Positions 32,654 through 43,614 of a DNA stretch of 64,000 nucleotides are shown one piece after another. The notes beneath the pieces were generated by a model. That model did not search any database. It saw only the letters and a program-made list of their open reading frames with translations, and had not been told where the DNA came from. The position numbers and the translations under genes are program-made. Numbering within the stretch: the first letter of the stretch is position 1; each line of letters opens with the position of its first letter. The DNA lies in contig CAVTBU010000007.1 in the NCBI GenBank assembly GCA_963733035.1, positions 480,001 through 544,000 on the forward strand. The letters run 5' to 3'. This DNA comes from Pirellulales bacterium (GTDB lineage: Bacteria; Planctomycetota; Planctomycetia; Pirellulales; PALSA-1355).

Positions 32654-33538
32654 CTATCCGCCAAAACCGCTGTATCGTCGCACGCCGAGGTGAAATGTCA
32701 CCCGACATAGCACGATGAAGAAAACGGTCCAGAACAATTGCAGACCGAGGCCCCAGGCAAGTTCCGAGCCCTGAATCTTTCCCAGGAACACGGCTGCCGG
32801 GAAATAGGCCAGGTACTGTAGTGGAATGGCCCGCACAATCGCTCCCCAGTAGCCCGGCAGTGCGTTGAGCATGTCGATCGGGAACATATGCCCCGAGAAA
32901 AAAAACGTGAACAGCATATAGATGAACAACAGTGAGCTTACTTCCAGGAACCAGAAGCCAACCAATCCGAGCGTGGCCTCCAGAAAAAAGCCCATCAGAA
33001 ACGACATCACCAGCGACGCGAGGAACGCGAACAGGGTAGTCGCGTCGGGCCAGCCGTCGAAGTAGTCGCGGCACAAATAGAAAACCAGCGCGAACGGCCC
33101 CGCGGCGACCACGTAATAGACGAGCTTGTGCGCGATTCGCCCCAGCAGCAGAAAGCCGATCAGGTCGACGGGTTGGATCAGGTACTTTTTGATTTCCCCG
33201 TTGCGGATCTGCAGTGCAATGTTTGACGCTAGGCCCGGCATGCTGGAAAAAGCGCGGCTGATCTGGGTCAACAGATAGTAGGCGATCATTTCGCGATACG
33301 AGTAGCCGGCGATCGTGCCCGATCCGTCGTTCGAGCGAACGGCTTGGAAGATCGCGCCCCACAGGAAAACCTGCGTCACCAGCGGCAAAAACCGCATCAG
33401 CGTGCCGAGGGCAAAATCGCCCCGGTAAACCAACCGCTCCTCCAGTGAAATGCGCAGGATGGTCCACCACGTTCGCAGCGGATTGGAACGCGCCGTCGCA
33501 TGGTTGCCACTATTCGCGATTTCAGATGCAGTTGCCAT
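32654..33538 (-). CDS. ABC-2 family transporter permease (DUF990-like)
   Basis: YR.DF, IRNGEI..YL.QP, FSG..FP.D, YFPA motifs, TM helices. Confidence 0.88.
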   Translation of the reverse strand: MATASEIANSGNHATARSNPLRTWWTILRISLEERLVYRGDFALGTLMRFLPLVTQVFLWGAIFQAVRSNDGSGTIAGYSYREMIAYYLLTQISRAFSSMPGLASNIALQIRNGEIKKYLIQPVDLIGFLLLGRIAHKLVYYVVAAGPFALVFYLCRDYFDGWPDATTLFAFLASLVMSFLMGFFLEATLGLVGFWFLEVSSLLFIYMLFTFFFSGHMFPIDMLNALPGYWGAIVRAIPLQYLAYFPAAVFLGKIQGSELAWGLGLQLFWTVFFIVLCRVTFHLGVRRYSGFGG

Positions 33539-33554
33539 CGCCGGAAACGAGGGA

Positions 33555-34580
33555 TTAGTTGCGCGTGGCGAGCTGTGGTTTCGCCGTGCCGTTTTCGAAT
33601 TGTTCGGCCGCCAGCGAAAACATCTCGGCGATCACTTCCTCGAGAGGCGGATCTTCGACGCTTACGTCTTCGACCGAATGCTGGGCTAGAATCGTTGACA
33701 GGGCTCTGCCGATGCCGTTGCGATCGACCTTAATTTTGACCTTGGGAGCTTGCTCTTCGACCACTTCGCCAAACTGGCTCAAGCCGTGCGGCAGCGTGTC
33801 GCCGGGAAAGACCAGCGTAATGATCTTGTGCCCGCTGAACCGGTCGACGATGCCCGATAGGGAGCCGTCGTACATGATCGTTCCCTGGGCGATGATGACC
33901 ACGCGCCGGCAAAGCGCGGCCACGTCCTTCATATAGTGGCTTGTCAGCAGCACCGTCATCTTCCGCTGCTGCTGGTAGTAGCGCAGAAACGACTGAATAT
34001 TGTGCTGGGCGACCACGTCCAAGCCGATCGTCGGTTCATCAAGAAACAGCACCTCCGGCGAGTGCAATAGCGCCGCGATCAGTTCCATTTTCATTCGCTC
34101 GCCGAGTGAGAGTTCCCGCACCGGCTGGCTCAACAACTGGCCGACAGAAAGCAATTCCGTCAATTCCGCCAGCCGGCGATCGAACTGAGCCGGTTCGATG
34201 CAATAGATCTGCTGATGCAGTCGAAATGACTCCTGGGCGGGCAGGTCCCACCAGAGTTGGTTCTTCTGCCCCATCACCAGGGCGAAGCGACGGCGATAGG
34301 CGTTCTCTCGCTTCCAGGGCGTAAAGCCCATCACGCGGGCCGTGCCGCCCGTGGGGCTGATCACACCGGAGAGGAGTTTGAGCGTGGTCGTTTTGCCGGC
34401 CCCGTTAGGGCCGAGAAAGGCAACGAACTCGCCCGGCTCGACCGCCAGGTCGATACCGCGCACAGCGTCGACTTCGCGATACGTGCGCTTAAACAGCCCA
34501 CGAACTGCGGCCAGCAGTCCCTCCTGCTTTTGGTAGATGCGGTAGGACTTTGCCAGCCCTTCAATTTCGATGATCGCCAT
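33555..34580 (-). CDS. ABC transporter ATP-binding protein
   Basis: GPNGAGKTT, LSLGERMK, LFLDEPTIGLD, TSH. Confidence 0.93.
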   Translation of the reverse strand: MAIIEIEGLAKSYRIYQKQEGLLAAVRGLFKRTYREVDAVRGIDLAVEPGEFVAFLGPNGAGKTTTLKLLSGVISPTGGTARVMGFTPWKRENAYRRRFALVMGQKNQLWWDLPAQESFRLHQQIYCIEPAQFDRRLAELTELLSVGQLLSQPVRELSLGERMKMELIAALLHSPEVLFLDEPTIGLDVVAQHNIQSFLRYYQQQRKMTVLLTSHYMKDVAALCRRVVIIAQGTIMYDGSLSGIVDRFSGHKIITLVFPGDTLPHGLSQFGEVVEEQAPKVKIKVDRNGIGRALSTILAQHSVEDVSVEDPPLEEVIAEMFSLAAEQFENGTAKPQLATRN

Positions 34581-34734
34581 AAGTGCAGGGATTATAGAGA
34601 CCGATAGCACCCTGGGAAAGTTGGACCACCAACGCGGTGTGGCCGCCAGTCGCCAGGGGAGACTGCGCAATGGCTCGCGTTGTCGGTATTTGCGGGGTTC
34701 GCTATAATCCCGCCGGTCCAGATAACATGAGTGG

Positions 34735-35259
34735 TTGGGCCATTACGCGGGAACGCAACCAGGAGACGCCATCACGCCAGCGCATCGGATCGGCATCGGG
34801 CACGACACGCATCGGCTGACGCCGGGGGGGCCATTGCGGCTGGGGGGCATCCAAATTCCTGCCGCCGTCGAGGCCGTCGGACACAGCGACGCCGACGTGC
34901 TGTTGCACGCCTTGACCGATGCCCTGCTGGGTGCGGCCTCGTTGGGTGACATCGGCGAGATGTTTCCTAACACCGACCCGGTCAACCGGGGACGCGACTC
35001 GGGCGAAATGCTGTCGTTGGCTTGGCAGGCTGTTGCACAGCGTGGATTTCGCATCGTGAATCTCGATTGCATCGTGTTCTTGCAGGAGCCCAAGTTGTCG
35101 ACTCATAAACAAAACATTCGCCAGCGAATCGCCGACCTCTTGGGTTTGGCCGTCGACCAGGTTGGGGTCAAGGCCAAGACGGGCGAGTCGGTCGGTCCGA
35201 TCGGTCGCCAGGAAGCGATCATGGCCGAATGCGTGGCCCTGCTGGAACGAAACGAATAG
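34735..35259 (+). CDS. ispF: 2-C-methyl-D-erythritol 2,4-cyclodiphosphate synthase
   Basis: RIGIGHDTHRL, GHSDADVLLHA..DALLGA, GDIG, VKAKTGE; start uncertain. Confidence 0.95.
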   Translation: MGHYAGTQPGDAITPAHRIGIGHDTHRLTPGGPLRLGGIQIPAAVEAVGHSDADVLLHALTDALLGAASLGDIGEMFPNTDPVNRGRDSGEMLSLAWQAVAQRGFRIVNLDCIVFLQEPKLSTHKQNIRQRIADLLGLAVDQVGVKAKTGESVGPIGRQEAIMAECVALLERNE

Positions 35260-35373
35260 ACAAAACGCGAACTTGTGCCGCGATGCAGGGTTCGTAGTTC
35301 CCGACACTACTCTCGAAGGATTGAGATGCTCACCGTTAAGGAAAGTTCTTCTGCCAAGAAAAGCGAGTCTCGG

Positions 35374-36921
35374 ATGTCCCTGCGAGTCTACAACACCCTG
35401 TCGAAAACCAAGGAACCCTTCGAACCGGTTACGCCGGGACAGGTGGGCATGTATTTATGCGGACCGACGGTCTATAAGCCGAGCCACATCGGACACATGG
35501 TCGGGCCGGTGATTTTCGACGCGGTAAAACGCTATCTCAGCTACAACGGCTACAAGGTAACGTTCGTCGTCAACGTGACCGACGTCGACGACAAGCTGAT
35601 CAAGGAATCGGCCGCGCGCAAGGTGAGCATGTCGGAGTTGGCCGAGGAAATGACGGCCGACTACCTGCGCAACCTCGACGCGATGGGCATCGACACGATC
35701 GATCACTTTCCCCGCGCAACGCAAAATATGGGCGAGATCATCAAGCTGATCCAGTCGCTCGTCGATAAGGGCTTTGCCTACGAATCTGACGGCGACGTCT
35801 ACTTTGACGTTGCCCGCGACGCCGGTTATGGCAAGCTGAGCAATCGCGATGTGGCCAGCATGCAGGGTGAAGGGGGCGACATGGCCGAGCGCAAACGCTC
35901 ACCGGCCGACTTCGCTCTCTGGAAAAGCGCCAAGCCGGGCGAACCCTCCTGGGATAGCCCCTGGGGCGAGGGCCGGCCAGGCTGGCATATCGAGTGCTCG
36001 GCCATGAGCCGTGCAATCCTGGGCGAAACATTCGACATCCACGGCGGCGGACTCGACTTGGTGTTTCCACACCACGAGAACGAAATCGCCCAAAGCGAAT
36101 GTGCCCACGGCAGGCCGCAGGCCAAGTACTGGATGCATAACGGCCTGATGCAGGCCTCCGGCGAAGTCGGCAAGGTGGGTGGCCGTGCGACGCGCGAAGC
36201 GAGTGCCGGCGATCAGCAGGCGCAAGAAGCCGGCAAGATGGGCAAGTCCAAAGGGGCGAGTGCCTTCAGCGAACTGCTCCAGCGTCATGCGCCCGAAACG
36301 ATTCGTTTCTTCCTGCTCTCGACGCACTATCGCCGACCCATCGACTACAGCGAGGCCCGCATCGAGGAAGTGAACACGGGCCTTGAGCAATTCTACCGAT
36401 TCTTCAAACGCTACGAGCGGATCACTGGGCACAGTTTTTACGAGCTCCCAACGATTGATCGTCGCCAGGAGGGCGAGTTTGACCCCGGTCAGAGCGTTAC
36501 GCTCAAGCAAGTAGGCGAACATCGCAGGCATTTTCTGGAGGCGATGGACGACGATTTCAACACCGGCGGCGCCGTGGCCGATTTGTTCGAATTGGTGCGC
36601 ACGCTGAACAAGTTTGCCGACGATGAAAAGTTGGAAGCCAAGAAGCCGACCGAAGAACAACTCGCAACGCTCAAGCTGGGCGCCAAGACGCTGCGCGAGC
36701 TTGGCGGCACGCTGGGCCTGTTCCGCAAGCCGATTGATAAAGCGGCCGCCGGCGGCAACGACGAACTGGTCGGCAAACTGATGGGCCTGATCATCGAATT
36801 GAGAGCCGGAGCCCGATCGAAAAAGGACTTTGCCACCGCCGATCGCATCCGCGAGGTGCTCACCGAGCTGAACATCACGCTGGAAGACCGTCCCGGCGGC
36901 ACCGAATGGACCACCAAATGA
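35374..36921 (+). CDS. cysS: Cysteine--tRNA ligase
   Basis: [49 protein letters not shown]. Confidence 0.97.
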   Translation: MSLRVYNTLSKTKEPFEPVTPGQVGMYLCGPTVYKPSHIGHMVGPVIFDAVKRYLSYNGYKVTFVVNVTDVDDKLIKESAARKVSMSELAEEMTADYLRNLDAMGIDTIDHFPRATQNMGEIIKLIQSLVDKGFAYESDGDVYFDVARDAGYGKLSNRDVASMQGEGGDMAERKRSPADFALWKSAKPGEPSWDSPWGEGRPGWHIECSAMSRAILGETFDIHGGGLDLVFPHHENEIAQSECAHGRPQAKYWMHNGLMQASGEVGKVGGRATREASAGDQQAQEAGKMGKSKGASAFSELLQRHAPETIRFFLLSTHYRRPIDYSEARIEEVNTGLEQFYRFFKRYERITGHSFYELPTIDRRQEGEFDPGQSVTLKQVGEHRRHFLEAMDDDFNTGGAVADLFELVRTLNKFADDEKLEAKKPTEEQLATLKLGAKTLRELGGTLGLFRKPIDKAAAGGNDELVGKLMGLIIELRAGARSKKDFATADRIREVLTELNITLEDRPGGTEWTTK

Positions 36922-36931
36922 GATTGCCCGC

Positions 36932-37454
36932 ATGAGCAGCCCCGTAGTACGGATCTTGGGCATCGATCCCGGGCTGAACATCACCGGCTACGGCGTGCTC
37001 GAAGTTGGTCGCAACGTAGTCCGCGTATGCGAGGCCGGCGTGGTGCGCGGTCGAACGAAACAATCGCTCGCCGCCCGACTGGCCGAGATCCGCGCCGGCG
37101 TTGCCGATGTAATCGCATCGCTCAAGCCCGAGGCAATGGCGCATCGAACAGCTTTACGCCCACTACAAGCACCCGCGGACGGCAATCCTCATGGGCCACG
37201 CGCGGGGCGTGATCTGTTTGGCTGCCGCCGAAGTTTCGGTGCCGGTGATTTCCTACTCGGCCACCCAGATCAAAAAGGTGCTGACCGGCAACGGCCGCGC
37301 CCCCAAGAGCCAGATGCAACTGGCCATCCGCCGCGAGCTGGCGCTGGCCGAAGTGCCCGACCCGCCCGACGTCGCCGACGCCCTGGCGATCGCCCTTTGT
37401 CATTACTACCTACAAGTGCGGCGCAACCTGATAGAAAAGAGACCCGCATCGTAG
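36932..37454 (+). CDS. ruvC: Holliday junction resolvase RuvC, frameshift near 37140
   Basis: RILGIDPG...TGYGV in first frame; IEQLY, MGHARGV, GNGRA.K.Q, DVADALAIALCH in second. Confidence 0.92.
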
Positions 37455-37577
37455 CCGGCAGACTTCGCCGTGCCTCAGGGGCCGCGTGCGGGCCGGTTAC
37501 GGTAGCACGATTCGAATTCATTGCCGTTGATCGCGACTAATCGGGCGGCCGGTAAACCACAACTGAGGTCCCAACCT

Positions 37578-38201
37578 TTGATCACCAAGATTACCGGCCA
37601 ATTGCTGGCGCTCACCGACGACACACTTACGCTCTGCGTTGGCGCGTTTGAATATGAGGTGCTGATTCCCGAATTCTCCCGCCGCCAGCTGCAGGACAAG
37701 CTGCACAGCGAGGTCCGGTTGCATACGATCGAGTATCTCGAGGGCAACCCGATGCAGGGTCGCCTGACACCTCGGCTAATCGGCTTTCTCTCGGAAGTCG
37801 AACGTGAGTTCTTTGAACTGTTCTGTTCAGTCGATGGCGTGGGGGTCAAAAAAGCGCTCCGCGCAATGGTCCGTTCCGTGCGCGAAGTGGCGACCGCGAT
37901 CGAAGAGCAGGACGTCAAAGTCCTCGCGACCCTGCCTGGAATTGGCCCGGCCACGGCCGAACGTATCGTGGCAAAACTCCGCCGCAAAGTCCCCAAATTC
38001 GCCCTGATGGTCGCCCGCGACGAGCCCACGGTCGCCGAAGTGGCCACCGATGTTGTCGGCGAAACCTACGAAGTCCTCCGCAAGCTCGGCCACAGCGAAA
38101 GCGACGCGCGTCGGCTGCTCGACGCGGCGTTAGGGCAGAAAAAGAAGTACAAGAGCGTGGAAGAGCTGCTGCAAGCGGTGTATCAGTCGAGCCAGAGTTG
38201 A
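37578..38201 (+). CDS. ruvA: Holliday junction branch migration protein RuvA
   Basis: I.KI.G, SVDGVG.K.AL, LPGIG..TAERIV HhH motifs; between ruvC and ruvB; TTG start. Confidence 0.93.
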   Translation: MITKITGQLLALTDDTLTLCVGAFEYEVLIPEFSRRQLQDKLHSEVRLHTIEYLEGNPMQGRLTPRLIGFLSEVEREFFELFCSVDGVGVKKALRAMVRSVREVATAIEEQDVKVLATLPGIGPATAERIVAKLRRKVPKFALMVARDEPTVAEVATDVVGETYEVLRKLGHSESDARRLLDAALGQKKKYKSVEELLQAVYQSSQS

Positions 38202-38296
38202 CGGTGTCGATCGCCGCACCTCGCTTGACGCCCCCTACGCCCTTGCCGGTATATTGGGCGGTGTTCAAACGTTCCGTTTCCACGGAGGGCTGTGCC

Positions 38297-39319
38297 GTGC
38301 GCGAGCCGGTCTTGAAGGGAGTTGATGACGCCGCCGACGATGCCGATCGCGACTTGCGCCCGCAGCGCATGCAGGACATGGTCGGCCAACGCGACGTCTT
38401 CGCCCGGCTGGAAATCGCCGTCGACGCGACCCGCAAACGGGGAGGCACGCTGGGGCATATCCTGTTTGACGGCCCGCCTGGGCTCGGCAAAACGACTTTT
38501 GCCACCTGCATCCCCCGCGACATGGGAGTAGCCGTGCAGATCGCGAGCGGCGCGACCCTGGCAGCCCCCAAGGATCTCGTCCCCTACCTGACGAACGCCG
38601 AGGAGAATTCGGTGCTCTTCGTCGACGAAATCCACCGCTTGCCCAAGGCGGTTGAGGAATTCCTCTATCCGGCGATGGAGGACTTTCGCATCGACATTAT
38701 CCTGGGTGAAGGCGTCAACGCCCGCACCATCAATATGTCCTTGCGGCCGTTTACGCTAATCGGCGCCACGACGCGCGCGGGGCTGTTGTCGGCGCCGCTC
38801 AGAGATCGATTTCAGATTCGCGAGCACTTAGAGTTTTACAACGTCGAAGAGCTCACCGAAATCGTGGTACGCAATGCCAAGAAGCTCAACACCCAGATCA
38901 AGCCGAATGCCGCCCAGGAGATCGCTTCGCGGAGCCGCGGCACGCCGCGCTTGGCGAACAATCGATTGCGATGGGTGCGCGACTATGTAACCAGCAAGGC
39001 CGATGGCAAAATCACCCTGCCCCTCGCGCACGCCGCGCTCGACATGCAGGGCATCGATTCAATGGGCCTTGATGGGCAGGACCGTCGCTACCTGGAAACC
39101 ATTGCCCGCGTCTTTCACGGCGGACCGGTGGGCGTGGAAGCGGTTGCGCACACCATGAACCTGGCGATTGACACGTTGGAAGACGAGATCGAACCGTTCC
39201 TGCTGCGCAGTGAATTAGTCATTCGCACGCCTCGTGGGCGCAAGGTGACTGCCCGCGGCTTCGATCATCTGAAGCTGGTGCCCCGCCTGCCGGACGATGC
39301 CCAGCGATCGCTGTTCTGA
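38297..39319 (+). CDS. ruvB: Holliday junction branch migration DNA helicase RuvB
   Basis: LRP, GPPGLGKTT, FVDEIHRL, LYPAMEDF, GATTRAG, SRGTPR, RTPRGR. Confidence 0.97.
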   Translation: MREPVLKGVDDAADDADRDLRPQRMQDMVGQRDVFARLEIAVDATRKRGGTLGHILFDGPPGLGKTTFATCIPRDMGVAVQIASGATLAAPKDLVPYLTNAEENSVLFVDEIHRLPKAVEEFLYPAMEDFRIDIILGEGVNARTINMSLRPFTLIGATTRAGLLSAPLRDRFQIREHLEFYNVEELTEIVVRNAKKLNTQIKPNAAQEIASRSRGTPRLANNRLRWVRDYVTSKADGKITLPLAHAALDMQGIDSMGLDGQDRRYLETIARVFHGGPVGVEAVAHTMNLAIDTLEDEIEPFLLRSELVIRTPRGRKVTARGFDHLKLVPRLPDDAQRSLF

Positions 39320-39695
39320 TTTTCTCGCTTTGTCGGGTTGGGGCGTTTTCCCCCAAAATCCACGGGAAATATCGCGCCGACAACCGTTGTTGGTCGCCCG
39401 GCGTTCACATTGGCGTTCTGTTTACCTACCGTTTGGTAACCATAAACCGTGGTGGGTAAGCACTTTACTTCAAGAATATTTTTCCAAAGTGCTTGTGCTC
39501 TTGAGGTGAGATGCGTTAGATTGAACAAACGCGAAGGGACTCAGATCGCTGAGAGTAGCGTGCGTTTCGGGCCTATCTTCGACAAATCCGTCACATCTTA
39601 AGCGGAATAAACCTGGCCTGCAGGGGCGAATCGTAGGGAGCCTGTGCCAGGGCCCAAAGTCGAGGAAAACGGCCTCCTGGAACGGGAGTGCAAAA

Positions 39696-40205
39696 GTGGC
39701 ACTAACACAGGCAGCCTTCGATCGCCTGGTCTCCGAGCACGGGTCGGCATTGTACCGCATGGCCTACCGTATGTTGGGTGACAGGCACGAGGCGGAAGAC
39801 ATCGTTCAAGAGACCTACCGTTCGGCGTGGAGTAGCCGGCGGGGGTACCAGTCGGGCCATAGTCAACGGGCCTGGCTGGCTTCGATCCTCAGGCGACGCG
39901 TCGTCGATCGCTGGCGGAGGCATCCAGCCCCCGCCGCCACCGGTGGCGAGTTCATGTTGGATGTCGAAGTGAACGGTGTCGATCCGACGGCCCACGAGTT
40001 TACTGATGAAATGCAACACGGCCTGAACCGTTTACCAACAGAGCTGCGTGAATCGCTCTTGCTGGTGGTGGTTGGCGAACTGACCCATCAGGAAGTGTCG
40101 AACATGCTGGGAGTGCCGTTGGGAACGGTGCTTTCGAGAGTCAGCCGAGCCCGGCAGAGACTGCGTGAGTATCTGTTGGTATCGGCAAAATCGATGGCTG
40201 GTTAG
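39696..40205 (+). CDS. ECF-type RNA polymerase sigma factor
   Basis: AEDIVQET, AWL..I, LP...RE, E....LGVPLGTV.SR.SRAR. Confidence 0.92.
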   Translation: MALTQAAFDRLVSEHGSALYRMAYRMLGDRHEAEDIVQETYRSAWSSRRGYQSGHSQRAWLASILRRRVVDRWRRHPAPAATGGEFMLDVEVNGVDPTAHEFTDEMQHGLNRLPTELRESLLLVVVGELTHQEVSNMLGVPLGTVLSRVSRARQRLREYLLVSAKSMAG

Positions 40206-40245
40206 TCGATCCCGCTGGATTGGTCCTACCCTACGATAGTTTGCC

Positions 40246-42289
40246 ATGCCAGACTTTGGCTTCGACGATTGGATGGACGCGGAGCTGCGTAATGTGTCCG
40301 TGCCGCGCGATCTTGATGCACGGCTGCGGGCGTCTCGCCCGTCGCCTGAAGAAGTCGCGGCAGCCCAGGGCGATCCGCACGATCCGGGTGATGCCCGGAT
40401 GGATGCCGTGCTGCGCAACGTCCAAGTGCCCGCAGGGCTCCACCGTCGTCTGCACGCTATCCCTCACCGAAGCCGCTTGCTGTTTTTGCCCAGGGCCGTT
40501 TCTCAAAGAGCTTGGGCTGCCGCCGCGTCGCTGCTGATCTTGGCCAGCGCAGGGGCTTATCTGGCGACGGTGCGGCAGACGGGTCGGCCGGAGCAACCAA
40601 ATGTTGCAGTAAGGTCCCCTGCGCCGACTAGCCCCGAACGGGGACGGACGGTGGTCGTTCAGTCCGATCCAGCGGGCGGCCGAGCCCGCACTGCACACAA
40701 GTCGACGCGGCAGACTCCGGTTACGGTTCCCTTGGGTCAGCCCCAACTGGCTGAGGGCGAATCCTATCGGTTATTGGAAAACGTGGCCGGTGTCGGCGCG
40801 TCGATACGGCAAGCCATCGAAGCGAAGATGCGGGCCGAGTATGCCCTGGGGGCCGGCGGAAAAATCGAGCAATTGCCCGACTTGGAAGTGCTGGAGCGTC
40901 CGATCGACTTGGGCGTGAGTCCACCCCGAGTTCGCGGCTACGACATGTTGTTTCAATTGCGTCACGGGGAGCATCCGTTCGTGTCGCCCGGGGCGAACGC
41001 GGCCCTGGAAACCAGTCGCGTACCGTTTACGTTTCGCACCGCAAGCTACGACCGGGCCACGGCCAGCATCGCCGAAGGGCACCTTCCGGCAGGCGACGAA
41101 GTGCGCGTTGAAGACTTTCTGGCAGCCCAACAATACGCCCTCCCCTCGGCTCCTCAATCGGGTTTGGCGCTGCACGTGGCCGGCTGCCCGGCGCCGTTCG
41201 GCGAGACGGGTAAGCACGTGTTACAAATCGCCGTGCAGGCTGCCAGAGCCAGACGCTCGAACCAAAAGCCCACCCGAGTCATCGCGGTCGTCGATACGTC
41301 GTCGGCCATGCAAGCCGGCGCGAGACAAGTTGGCCGTGCGGGCAATGTCGAAGCTCGGTCCGTATCTCTCGCCGGGAGACAGGTTGACGCTGATTGGTTT
41401 TTCCGAGTCGCCACGCGTGCTCTTGGAAAATGCCGGGCGCGATGAACTAGCCGCGTTGTCTGCCTCGGGGGGGCTGGAGCCAACGAGCGGCTCGGCCGAT
41501 TTGTTGGCTGCCGTGCAAACTGCGGCTGAAGCCGTCGCCACCCTGTCCAGCTCGGAAAATCGCCGGGTGATATTCATTACCGCGGGCGGCAGCCTCGAAG
41601 GATCTCGGCGCGACTCCGCTCGCCAGTTGTTGGCTCAGTTAACGACCAGTGGCGCCGGTTGGCATTTCGTCCGGCTCTCCGGCGGTACCGACGATTCCAG
41701 TTGGCAGGATCTCGCGCAAGCTGGTCGCGGACGGGCCCGGACCGCCACTTCCGCCGATGAACTGTTCGCCGTATGTCTGGAAGCGCTGACGGGCCGGCCG
41801 TCGGTCGTTGCTCGTGACGTCGCCATGCGAATTCGGTTCAATCCCAAGGCCGTGGCAAGTTATCGCCTGGTGGGGCACGAGGCGGCGACGCTTACCGGAG
41901 ACGCCAACGATCCGCTGGTTGTCGATTTGAATGCCGATCAGACGGCAACATGCCTCTACGAGTTATGGCTCCGCCCTGGCGGCAAGGGCGACCTGGCGGC
42001 CGTTGAACTGACCTGGGTCGATCCCAACGGCGGCACACGGCGGCGTCGCGTGCAGCCGATTCGCGATGCCCAGATGGCCGCGTCATTTGCCCAGGCGGCT
42101 CCCTGGCTTCAGCAGGGCGTGGTCGCTGCAAGTGCGGCCGAATTCTTACGTGGCAGCCATTATTTGCCCAATCCCAGGCGGCTCGGCCAGTTGCGAGAAC
42201 TTGCTGACGAAGTCGAGCCAAACGCCGCGAAACTTCCCGAATTCCGCGGTTTGGTTCGCCTGATCGAGCAGGCCGAGCGGCTCCGGTAA
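40246..42289 (+). CDS. Membrane-anchored vWA-domain protein (YfbK/DUF3520-like), probable anti-sigma; frameshift near 41325
   Basis: Follows ECF gene; TM WAAAASLLI; TASY...G.LP...VRVE.F; VVDTSSAM MIDAS-like motif; FNP..V..YRL.G.E in second frame. Confidence 0.78.
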
Positions 42290-42430
42290 CGCTGCCCGTC
42301 TGGACGCTTGCTGCGTCCGCCGATAGCCGGTGTTCCAGTTCCCGGTCCTGGTTACACTGGAAGACTTTGCGGCGCGTCATATATAGAACTTTGTGCGGCG
42401 GCTTTGCGCTGTTTGGGTGGCTGGGGTGAA

Positions 42431-43279
42431 ATGAAGAAGAATCTGCTACGCATCTACGACGGCGCCACAGCCATCGTCACGGGCGCTGCCTCAGGCATCG
42501 GCTACGGGATTAGTAAAGCGTTAGTGGAACGGGGCGCCAACGTCGTGCTCGCCGATCGGCAAGGTGAGCGCGTGGAGGAAATCGCCTCGTCGTTACGACA
42601 CGCAGGCGGAAAAGCTACGGCTGCCGAGGTGAACGTAACCGACGCCCGGACCGTGCGCCAACTTGTTGAGGAAACGGCCGCCACCTACGGGCGGCTGGAC
42701 TTCATGTTCAACAATGCCGGTATCAGCATCGGCGGCGAAGCCCGGCATTATCAACTCGAAGACTGGAACAACGTGTTCGACGTCAACTTGCGCGGCGTTG
42801 CCCATGGCGTACAGGCGGCCTACCCGTTGATGGTTAGCCAAGGCTTCGGGCACATCGTCAATACGGCGTCGGTTTGTGGGTTGTTGCCGTCGCCGTGGTG
42901 CGTGAGCTACGCGGCCTCGAAATTTGGCGTCCTGGGGCTTTCCATATCATTGCGTGTCGAAGCCGCCGCGGCCGGCGTGCGCATTAGTGCGCTCTGCCCC
43001 GGGGTGGTTCGCACTGCGATGCTTGAAGACTACGGAAAATTTGGCAAGCTGCTGCAGCCGGTGCCGCTTCCAAAGCAACAGGCATTTTGGAGCCGCCTCA
43101 ATCCAATGGAGCCCAACGAATTTGCCAGACAGGCACTTAAGGCGATCGCCAAAAACCAGGCGATTATTGTGATCCCGCGGTGGTGGCGCGTAATTTGGTG
43201 GCTAAATCGCGTGTCGCCGTCATTGGGACAGCGAATGGCTAGTCGCGAACTCAAACGCACCAAGACCAGTATGGAATAG
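42431..43279 (+). CDS. SDR family oxidoreductase
   Basis: TGAASGIG, NNAG, YAASK, LCPG. Confidence 0.92.
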   Translation: MKKNLLRIYDGATAIVTGAASGIGYGISKALVERGANVVLADRQGERVEEIASSLRHAGGKATAAEVNVTDARTVRQLVEETAATYGRLDFMFNNAGISIGGEARHYQLEDWNNVFDVNLRGVAHGVQAAYPLMVSQGFGHIVNTASVCGLLPSPWCVSYAASKFGVLGLSISLRVEAAAAGVRISALCPGVVRTAMLEDYGKFGKLLQPVPLPKQQAFWSRLNPMEPNEFARQALKAIAKNQAIIVIPRWWRVIWWLNRVSPSLGQRMASRELKRTKTSME

Positions 43280-43614
43280 GCCGGTTGTGCCGGCGCGGTA
43301 CGGCCGCTCGAATGCGAGTCTTGTCGTAATTGTCACTGCAACTGCAAGGCTGTGGTGGGAAAAGGGTTGCGTTTGTTCCTGCGGCACTATAATCTGGCAA
43401 GTATAGAGGACGAGGCAGGCCTGAGGCGGTCCGGAACTCCGCCCCCGGCAGCAATTGCGCTCGGGCGCCCTTTCTATGCGAGTCGTCATGACTGCTTGGC
43501 CTCTCGGACTGCGTCATTTTGGCGGGCAACAGCCGCGTCATGACGGCACGGTCCGCTAAGATTCGTGAGTGCCGTGTCGCGCGGCAAACGGTGCATTGCG
43601 CGTCGAGGGAACGG

